Assembly: GCF_006345805.1 (NCBI RefSeq) | Contig: NC_043014.1 | Span: forward strand, 40,238,001 to 40,302,000 | DNA from: Octopus sinensis | Lineage: Eukaryota | Length of the DNA: 64,000 bases | Reading direction: 5' to 3' | Shown: positions 54,473 to 64,000 of the stretch, one piece after another | How positions within the stretch are numbered: the first letter of the stretch is position 1 | Layout of the letters: every line of letters begins with the position of its first letter | Notes under the pieces: model-generated | Databases searched by the model: none | Told to the model about the DNA's origin: nothing | What the model saw: the letters and a program-made list of their open reading frames with translations, nothing else | Translations under genes and position numbers: made by a program

Positions 54473-55126
54473 GTTCACGTTGATGAATTAAATTTGATTG
54501 GGTGGGAATGTTTTAAAATGATTTAGTCTCATCACAAAGAAATTCCTGTAAACTGGATGAAAAATATGATAAAGCGTGTCTAGCAGCCACAACACAGTGA
54601 TCTTCAAACTAATCACTGCCTTCATTATCTAAATCTAATGTTCCCTTGTGTTTGCACGGTCGATCATATTAGCATTATGTGTAGAACCTCAAATAATGTA
54701 AAGTTAACAAAAAGTTCATTCATAGTCACAGCCAGAGCACGTTTTGCAGGAGCAAGCACCGAAAGGTGAAGATGCGTGGCTTTGTGGTTAGGGTGCCGCA
54801 CTCATGATCGCAAGACAATGGTTTTGATTCCTGGACCTTTTGGTCAATTGTGTTCTTTTAGCAAAACACTCCATTTCACATTCCTTCTGTTTACAATCAG
54901 CTGTAAAACGATTGTATGTCAGGGAAACTGTGTAACAGCATCTATGAGTCCTAAGACTTGAGAAAGTAATGGTCCAGAGGTTGTTGATGACGATGATGAT
55001 GATAGTGGTGGTGGTGGTAGTGGCGCTGGTGGTGATCATGATAGTGTGGTGGTGGTGATAATGGTGATGAAGATGATGATGGTAGTAGTGGTGGTGGTGG
55101 TGGTAGTAATGATGATGACAACAACA

Positions 55127-55157
<31 letters not shown>

Positions 55158-55175
55158 CAGTGCTGGTAGTGGTGG

Positions 55176-55206
<31 letters not shown>

Positions 55207-55636
55207 GATGACGAGGGCTGGTGAACCAGATGGCTGCACCAGGCTCCAATCTTGATTTGGCAGAGTTTCTACAGCTGGATGCCCTCCCTTACGCAATGAT
55301 GATGATGATGATGATATATATATATATATACTTGAAACTAACTCTTATAGCATATCCATACATACATTATATGTATATAGTGAATCTTGCATGCATGTAG
55401 TGGATTCGATCCACCATAGCCAAATTTAAATTAACACTGCAACAGAACTTTTTTTAACAATACCCTTCCTAATGCCAACCATTTTTACAGAGTGTGCTGG
55501 GTGCTTTTCATGTGCCACCAGCACAGGTGTATTTTCATGATGTCAAGAATTCAAGAGAACATCTTATTTGTTCACCTTTAGTATGTACATCTGAACCTCT
55601 GAAATTAAAGTTTTATCTTTCCTTTTCACCTCTCAG

Positions 55637-55946
55637 GTAACCAATCAAATGATAACTGCTTCTAAAGCATACATTACCTGCGATGGAAGTGAGACGGTAT
55701 GGACGCAGCCCACTGATTTATTGATGAAGAAACTACACGATTGTATCATGCTTAATGATACTTACCAAAAATGTTTCCAACAGACCAAAGAAAAGCTGGA
55801 GAAACTGCCACACGAGAGACAGTTTGACTTCTCGGGGATGTACATATTTGGGAAATTTGACACATTCGTAAGGAGGCTTAGAAAAATTATCGAAATGTTT
55901 GAAACCATTGAACGTTATTCTAATCTGTCGACATCTAAAATTGAAG
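55637..55946 (+). CDS. DNAH5: DNAH5-like exon VTNQMITASKAYIT...QFDFSGMYIFGKFDTF...SKIE
   Basis: tctcag| and G|gtaaac, 310 nt (phase 0 to 1); QFDFSxMYIFGKF motif. Confidence 0.97.
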
Positions 55947-56874
55947 GTAAACTAATCAGTTGTTACTTCGAAAATGGTAATTATTAAAGGATAACAAAAC
56001 ATTTCCTATGTTTCCATAGGTGAGGTATGGCTGTATGGTAAGAAGCTTCCTTCACAGACACACGGTTCTGGGTTCAGTCCCACTGCATGGTAACTTGAGC
56101 AAGTATCTTCTACTATAGTCTTGGGCCAGCCAAGGCTTGTGAGAGGATTTCATAGACAGAAACTGAAAGAAGGCAGAATCGTTAGCACGCTGGGCGAAAT
56201 GCTTTGTGGTATTTCGTCTGCTGCTGCGTTCTGAGTTCAAATTCCGTCGAGGTTGACTTTGCCTTTCATCCTTTCGGGGTCGATTAAATAAGTACCAGTC
56301 ATGCACTGGGGTCAATGTAATCAACTTAATCCCTTTGTCTGTCCTTGTTTGTCCCTTGTCGGCAATAAAAAAAAAAGAAGCCCATTGTGTGTGTATTTGT
56401 CTCCCACCACCACCTGACAGCTGATGTTGGTGCATTTACATCCCTGTAACCTAGCAGTTCGGCAAAAAGAGACCGATAGGATAAGTATCAGGCTTAACAA
56501 AATGAAGAAATATAAAATAAAAAAAGTACTAGGGTTGATTAATTTAACTAAAAATTAAAAAAAAAATTCTTCAAGGTGGTGATCCAGCATGGCCATAGTT
56601 TAATGACTGAAGCAAGTAAGCGAAAGAAGATAAAAAAAATATATGTTGCCCTCAGTTTAGTCTCCCCAACTCCTTGTTGACACCAGCATCTGTCTATAGA
56701 ACAAAATGGCTGGTGATAATGTAATAGTTAACATTTGTATTTATGTATTTATCTGACACAAGTATAACAGAATAAATTGTATTTTTAATAATCAAAAATT
56801 GTCAGTAGTTAATGTTCACTTTGGTTCAAGGCTAGTAATTTTGAGGGGAGGGGACATGTGACTGTTTAATTTAA

Positions 56875-57692
56875 CCCTTTAGTGTTCAGATTATTCTGTC
56901 AAATGTGATGTTTGGTTATTTAAAATGGTTTGAATTAATCATGCATTATCTTGTAGTTTAGAGATTTCAGTGATGTGATTTTTTAGTTTTTTAACGACAT
57001 GGTAGGGCTGAGGTGAGAGGTGAGATCTGGTCAGTTTATCTGCGGCTTTATATAGCTATGGTAAGACCTCACCTGGAATTTGCATCACCGGTCTGGAACC
57101 CCTATCTTGCCCAGGACATCAATCGTCTGGAAGCTGTTCAGCGACGTGCAACCAAAAGAATACCCTCCATCAGGCATTTGCCATATCCTGAATGCCTTAC
57201 TTCCCTGGGCATGGACACATTGAAACTCTGACGTCTGGCAGGTGACTTGGCAGACACCCATAAAATTATCAACCATCGCACAAACAATAACTCTGAGCAC
57301 CTCTTCAAACTCCACCCATCTAACACCCGTGGACATATTTACAAAGTAAGAAAACAGCACAGCTCCCATGACTTCAGGAAACATTTTTTCACGCTGAGAG
57401 TTGCTGAAGCGTGGAACAAACTGCCGGCATCGGTTGTTAGTTGTCGGAGCACTGCATCCTTCAAAACTTCCATGCTTCCTGAGATTCGCCAACACTACAC
57501 TTGATTTTCTCCCCTCCATACACACACAAGCATGTTCACTTTCCAGACATTTCTACATTACTGCATGCACTTTATATGCACTTTCTGACAAGTTGTGGTG
57601 CACCTGAGCACTGTATACAATAATTTCATTATTATTATTATAAAACAGGTTAAATATTTTGGCCAGATATGGACGGTTTGAATGCTGAAGGG
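56875..57692. mobile_element. piggyBac-type MITE hosting the CR1/L2 fragment
   Basis: TTAA|CCCTTTAGTGTTCA ... TGAATGCTGAAGGG|TTAA. Confidence 0.75.
57030..57641 (+). mobile_element. 5'-truncated CR1/L2-clade LINE 3' end with (ATT)n tail
   Basis: LYIAMVRPHLEFASPVWNP, LEAVQRRATK, TRGH, FFTLRVAEAWNKLP; in-frame stop. Confidence 0.9.
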
Positions 57693-58164
57693 TTAAAGGT
57701 TTGTAGTCTCACCAAACATTACAGCAACAAATGCTGTTTATTTCGATCATTGGCTTAACTACATCTTCACTTGTAACAGCTGTACAATTAAACGATTTCG
57801 TTTCGAATATCACTTGAAAGTGATATCCGTTTTCAGTATCACTTCAAAGCTGAGAAAATGTGTTCTTATAACTGACAAACTAACAGGCATGGGAAACGGA
57901 AAAATTGTTCAGAATTGGTCATCCCGTCATTCACTCAGACTCTTTTACTCTTTTACTCTTTTACTTGTTTCGGTCATTTGACTGCGGCCATGCTGGAGCA
58001 CCGCCTTTAGTCGAGCAAATCGACCCCAGGACTTATTCTTTGTAAGCCCAGTACTTATTCTATCAGTCTCTTTTGCCGAACCGCTAAGTTACGGTGACGT
58101 AAACACACGAGCATCGGTTGTCGAGTGATGTTGGGGTGACAAACACAGACACACAAACATACAC

Positions 58165-58195
<31 letters not shown>

Positions 58196-59135
58196 ACACA
58201 CACATATATATATACATACATATATACGACAGGCTTCTTTCAGTTTCCGTCTACCAAATCCACTCTCAAGGCATTGGTCGGCTCGAGGCTATAGTAGAAG
58301 ACACATGCCCAAGGTGCCACGCAGCGGGACTGAACCCGGAACCATGTTGTTGGTAAACAAGCTACTTACCACACATATTTCTTTACTACCCACAAGGGGC
58401 TAAACACAGAGAGGACAGACAGACGGATTAAGTCGATTACATCGACCCCAGTGCGTAACTGGTACTTCATTTATCGACCCCGAAAGGATGAAAGGTAAAG
58501 TCGACCTTGGCGGAATTTGAACTCAGAACGTAGCGGCAGACGAAATACCGTTAAGCATTTCTGCCAGCTCGTCGCCTTACCACACAGCCACTCCTACACC
58601 TATAGACTGTTCATAATACTTTCAATTAAAATAATGATGGCATTCCTTGCTGCCCACACAGGTTTTGATTTTCAGTTTAAGCTTTGGTTTCTCTTTTCTG
58701 AGAATGACAACATTCTTCTTATCTGTTTCAAAGTTGGGGAAAGTAGAGAGAAAACTAAACTAATTGACCCTTTTGTCATCCTGAGGCTGATTCAAAGCAC
58801 GAGAAATTCTACTGGGTAATATTCTTTTTAAATGAATCGAAGATTTACGCAAATAGATAATTTAGGTGCTAGTTTACTTTATTACGTAATCTCTCTTAAA
58901 CAATTTGAAATATTTAAAGTGTGTGTTTACATCCCCGTAACTTAGCGGTTCAGCAAAAGAGACCGATAGAATAAGTACTAGGCTTACAAAGAATAAGTCC
59001 TGGGGTCGATTTGCTCGACTAAAGGTGGTGCTCCAGCATGACCACAGTCAAATGACTGAAACAAGTAAAAAGAGTATTTTGGAAAATAGTAAGGCATGCA
59101 GTGCATGCATTGCACACACAGACCCTTTGCCCCTG

Positions 59136-59216
<81 letters not shown>

Positions 59217-59461
59217 GTGTGTGTGTATGTATGTATGTATGTATGTGTGTGTGTGTGTGTGTGGAAAAAAAGCATGCAAAAATAGAGCATTAAAATGATA
59301 ATTACTCTTTTACTTGTTTCAGTCATTTGACTGTGGCTATGCTGGAGCACTGCATTTAGTCAAGCAAATCGACCCCGGGGCTTATTCTTTGTAAGCCTAG
59401 CACTTACCAGCATCGGTTGTCAAGCAATGTTGAGGGGACAAACAAAGACACACAAACTTAT

Positions 59462-59496
<35 letters not shown>

Positions 59497-59801
59497 CAAC
59501 GGGCTTCTTTCAGTTTCCGTCTACCAAATCCCCTCACAAGGTTTTCGTTGACCCGAGGCTATAGTAAAGACACTTGCCCAAGATGCCACACAGTGGGACT
59601 GAACCCGGAACCATGTTGTTGGTAAGCAAGCTACTTACCACACAGCCATTCCTACGCCTATAATGATAATAACAGTGATAGTTAATTTTTGGGTTTTAAC
59701 AAGGATCTTGATGCAAAGCTTTAGAAGATATTTTCCACACATTGACAACAGAAAACTTATTCTCATTTTAATAAATGTTTTATAATATTGAATATTTGTA
59801 G

Positions 59802-59938
59802 GTCTGGAAAGCATGTCTAAGAATTTCCAAAGTATTGTCTCTTGTCTTCAAAATAAAACTTATAATTGTTTGGATCAAAGAAAGACCGAATATGATCAAG
59901 ACTTTGAAGATTTCAAAAGAAAAATACAAGAACTCCAT
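59802..59938 (+). CDS. DNAH5: DNAH5-like exon (G)LESMSKNFQSIV...LDQRKTEYDQDFEDFKRKIQELH; gene continues beyond the window
   Basis: ttgtag| acceptor, weak CAT|gtttgt donor, 137 nt (phase 1 to 0); LDQRK..DQD motif. Confidence 0.92.
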
Positions 59939-60559
59939 GTTTGTTATGAGACTTCCATTTCATTATTTAAAAAAAATATATTTGAAGTTATTTTGTTTTT
60001 AGTATTTTTTATACATCATCATCATCATTAGTGTCATCATCGTTATTTATCATCATCATCATCATCATTATCATCATAATCGTCATCACCATCATTGTTG
60101 TTGTAGTCGCTGTCATCATCATTATCATCATCATCATGAAGAATGATGATAAAATATTTATAAAAAATTGTCATTTAAGCTTCAATATATATATACTTTA
60201 TTTAAAAGCAGCAGAAATTCAACAAAACCTGTTACTCGAAGTTTCACGTTCCCGGGAATGTGAAACTCTGAGTAACAGGTTTTGTTGAATTTCTGCTGCT
60301 TTTAAATAAAGCATATTACTCTACCCCTGGTATTTGAGTACTCTTTTTTCCACCTTGTTTCACATTTATGTGTTTACTTCCGTATATTATATATATATAT
60401 ATATATATATAATAATGACCTCGAACACACAAGTGCAAACAAGAGAGACAGAGAAAGGCAGAAACAAGGAAAATGCCACTTATTTTTGAACTCTACACAA
60501 ATATTCCTTTAAAAAAACTTTTCTTTTAATTTTTCTAAATTTAATTATTTAATCATTAC

Positions 60560-60595
60560 AGTTGAAAAGGTCTCAAAATGACCGAAACCGGTACT
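60560..60595 (+). ncRNA. U3-A8 hammerhead-like motif with weak stem I
   Basis: AG-UUGAAAA-GGUC-ucaaaau-GACC-GAAAC-CG-GUA-CU; identical copy on - at 61900-61935. Confidence 0.5.
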
Positions 60596-61128
60596 AAAAT
60601 GTTCTTTATAAAATTATTTTAGCATTTTCTATCTTGACTTGTTTTTTCATATATATATATATATATATACGTTTAAATATTTGTTGTGCAAGATTTTTTA
60701 TGTGAAGTCGTGTGTTGAAACAGATATTGTTATATTTCGGAATGGTCATATTGCCAGTTTAGCCAATAAAAACACACGCACTATATATTTGGTGTTATTT
60801 TGCTTCAGTGATATTTATTTTTTACATTAATCTTAATCTTATTTCGGCCAAGTTCTTTCGTCACACTCCTGTGACCGCATCAGTGGTCCTTTGTTTTCTT
60901 CTCACTTACTTGTGTCTCTCCTTACATCCGTAAGAGAGACACAAGTAAGTGAGAAGAAAACAAAGGACCACTGATGCGGTCACAGGAGTGTGACGAAAGA
61001 ACTTGGCCGAATAAGATTAAGATTAATGTAAAAAAAATATCACTGAAGCAAAATAACACCAAAATATAGTGCGTGTGTTTTTATTGGCTAAACTGGCAAT
61101 ATGACCATTCCGAAATATAACAATATAT

Positions 61129-61177
<49 letters not shown>

Positions 61178-61317
61178 GAGGGCATTATACATACATGCCA
61201 GAAGGCATTATACATACAAGCCACACGCTAAGAGGGACAATTAGTCATTTCTACCAAAAATATTACTAATCCCAACCGAATGCAATTTTTCAAAGTAAGA
61301 CATTTAAAAAATATATA

Positions 61318-61363
61318 GACCTGTATCACAGTGATTTCATACTTACGTATTCATCAGCAGGCC
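61318..61363 (-). ncRNA. Canonical-core type-I hammerhead ribozyme
   Basis: GGCCUG-CUGAUGA-AUAC-GUAA-GUAU-GAAA-UCAC-U-GUGA-UA-CAGGUC; mirror copy on + at 61510-61554 has GAA (1-nt deletion). Confidence 0.8.
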
Positions 61364-61962
61364 TGAATGTATTATAAATAAACAACGACCCTGCCCCGCT
61401 TAAGCCGATCAGCTAACTGATCAACATCAACTGATCAAAATCGTTGATGTTGATCAGTTAGCTGATCGCTTAAGCGGGGCAGGGTCGTTGTTTATTTATA
61501 ATACATTCAGGCCTGCTGATGAATACGTAAGTATGAATCACTGTGATACAGGTCTATATATTTTTTAAATGTCTTACTTTGAAAAATTGCATTCGGTGGG
61601 ATTAGTAATATTTTTGGTAGAAATGACTAATTGTCCCTCTTAGCGTGTGGCTTGTATGTATAATGCCTTCTGGCATGTATGTATAATGCCCTCTATATAT
61701 AAATTAATATGTTCAATAAGAAATAATTATTTTCGAAATTTTTTCTCTTATGAGGTTCTCACGCTATCTACCTGACAATTTCTTGTTAAGTTTTCCTTAT
61801 TAAGTAGTTGTCCTTAATTGATATATATATATATATATATATATATGAAAAAACAAGTCAAGATAGAAAATGCTAAAATAATTTTATAAAGAACATTTTA
61901 GTACCGGTTTCGGTCATTTTGAGACCTTTTCAACTGTAATGATTAAATAATTAAATTTAGAA

Positions 61963-62005
<43 letters not shown>

Positions 62006-62171
62006 TTAGGGAATAAATCCAAATTTACAGGGAAAAATCAGATTTAGGATTAAATCGATTTTATAGTAAAATATTATAAAATATTATTCGAGACAAAACC
62101 ACTATTTTGCAAAACAAACAAGGAAAGACTTAATTAATACATAAAATTTTAATAAATAGTCAAAAAAACCG

Positions 62172-62214
62172 CCACTACAATCGTTTCTTGTCTTGATCGA
62201 CAATCTTCAGGTGG
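62172..62214 (-). ncRNA. Minimal type-I hammerhead ribozyme, same family as 30224
   Basis: Exact reverse complement of 30224-30266. Confidence 0.8.
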
Positions 62215-62250
62215 ACTTCCAATAATTCAGTGTCAAATTTGTCTCGAATA

Positions 62251-62311
<61 letters not shown>

Positions 62312-62939
62312 GAGAGAGAGAGAGAGAGATAGATAGATAGATAGATAGAGTGCAAGAAAAACTGTTGAGAAAGAGGGTATTTCAGACAATCACAATGCAG
62401 AAGGATGGGTTCTGTTTAGTCACCAGAAACTAATAACTTTTTTTCACATAATACCCTCATTTGAATTATTAGGAGTGGATGGTATTGTCTTACACTTGAA
62501 AATTCCAGTTACACTGGATTCTTCAGAATCTAATGTATCAAAAATTTCCAAGTATAATAAATGATACATCAGCTGCAGGATTTGACTTCATTAAAAGGTG
62601 TGCATGTGTGTATGATGGGGTTATAATCCTAGAGTTTTAATTGCTCAGTAATTTATCCTCTATAACTACAATTTTTTTCTCTTAGTTCCGTTTAATAATG
62701 CACTTCTTGTAATTCGTTATTAATTTTTTTTTAAACTATATAAATGCAGGCATAGTTGTGCGGATAAGAATTTTAATTCGCAACCTCATCGTTTGAGGTT
62801 CAGTCCCATCATGTGGTACCTGTGAACTAGTGTAACACCTCTTATTTTTCGAGCACCTTCTGGAGTATTTGAGCAGTTCATCGATTAGAAGGAATTCTTT
62901 CTTAGTGATCTACTTGGTTTTTGTCTATTTAGGCTTTTA

Positions 62940-63548
62940 TCCAATTAGTCCTTAATGCTTAATCTTGTGCAGCTACTAACAAACTCTCTGTCTCCCACTT
63001 CAGCTTTCCTTACTGCAACCACTACTACAGTTTGCTGCAACTGTATTTGGGAATATACCATATAACACCTTCTGCCAGTCAGATAATTTCTGTTCCTTTT
63101 TTCTGGTTTTTAAGTTCATTTGGGTTTTTGGCTTCCCTGTGTCTTGATGTGACTCTAGCAGCTTTTAATAAACTTTCTCCACTATTACCTACAGAGAAGT
63201 CTATATCTTGCTCAAGCTAACTACATGCAGTCATCCACTGGTATTAACCCTCTTCTGCCTTCCTTTCTAGGTAGGTATAATCTTGCTCCCATTCCCTTGG
63301 GTGGAGTCCTCTATTCATATTGAATCCCTTCCTAGTTCTTCTATCTAACTTTGCTAATTCAGTTTTTGTCCAGTCTACAAAAATTACTGTGTATCTAAGT
63401 AATGATACTGCCCAAGTATTTACAGCTTTCACTAGATTCGATCCATCTAGCTTTGGCTTCATTAGCTTCCTCACCCTTCTGATGTACTCCTTCTCAATTT
63501 TCGTTTTCATTTCTGTAGTTAGTACCTTGTCAGATTCTAATACTCCTA
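62940..63548 (-). mobile_element. R4/Dong-like (RLE-type) non-LTR retrotransposon RT C-terminal fragment
   Basis: EYIRRVRKLMK.KL.G.NLVKAVNTWAVSLLRY...LDRRTRK...LHPR, then RLYLPRKEG after a frameshift. Confidence 0.7.
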
Positions 63549-64000
63549 TCATCATCATCATTCAATGTCCGTTCTCCATGCTAGCATGGGTTGGACGGTT
63601 CGACCGGGGATCTGGGAAGCCAGAAAGCTGCACCAAGCTCCAGTCTGATCTGGCAGTGTTTCTACAGCTGGATGCCCTTCCTCATACCAACCACTCCGTG
63701 AGCGTAGTGGGTGCTTTTTACGTGCCACCTACACAGGTGCCAGGCGAGGCTGGCAACGGCCACGATTGGATTGGTGCATTTTACGTGCCACCGGCACGGA
63801 AGCCAGGCAAGGCGGCACGGCACTGGCATCGGCCACGATTCGAATGGTGCTTTTTACGTGCCACCGGCAGGGAAGCCAGTCAAGGCGGTGCTGGCATCGG
63901 CCACGATTCGGATAGTGCTTTTTACGTGCCACTGGCACGGAAGCCAGTCTAGGCGGCACTGGCATCGGCCATGTTCAGATGGTGCTTTTTACGTGCCACC

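Noticed and set aside
52937-54478. Long His/Thr-rich ORFs (432-513 aa)
   Set aside because: Translations of the GT-rich minisatellite; open in all three minus frames
60963-61012. HHR-like CUGAUGCG-GUCACA-ggag-UGUGAC-GAAA in the 60724-61126 palindrome
   Set aside because: A9 is C and no clean NUH/stem I register; kept only as a relic

Overview
Eukaryotic, AT-rich, repeat-dense DNA. The SINE families and microsatellite load suggest octopus (cephalopod); this is an inference. One 100-N gap lies at 25965-26064. The only host gene I can support is an axonemal outer-arm dynein heavy chain (DNAH5/DNAH8 type) on the + strand: nine phase-compatible GT-AG exons between 31376 and 59938 encoding part of the N-terminal tail; the first exon(s) and the 3' remainder are not identified here. 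The rest is tRNA-derived SINEs, decayed LINEs (Tx1, CR1/L2, RTE, R4/Dong-like), a Tc1/mariner relic, non-autonomous Helitrons, MITEs and simple repeats. The main unexpected signal is a dense set of minimal type-I hammerhead ribozyme (HHR) motifs, about a dozen from about 8 unrelated sequence families. They show all three base-pair versions at core positions 3-8 (C-G, U-A, G-C) and mostly sit in outward-facing fold-back (palindromic) elements in or beside (TA)n tracts, consistent with Penelope-like pLTR/retrozyme relics. Most long ORFs in the supplied track are microsatellite artefacts. Repeat boundaries were read by eye and are approximate.
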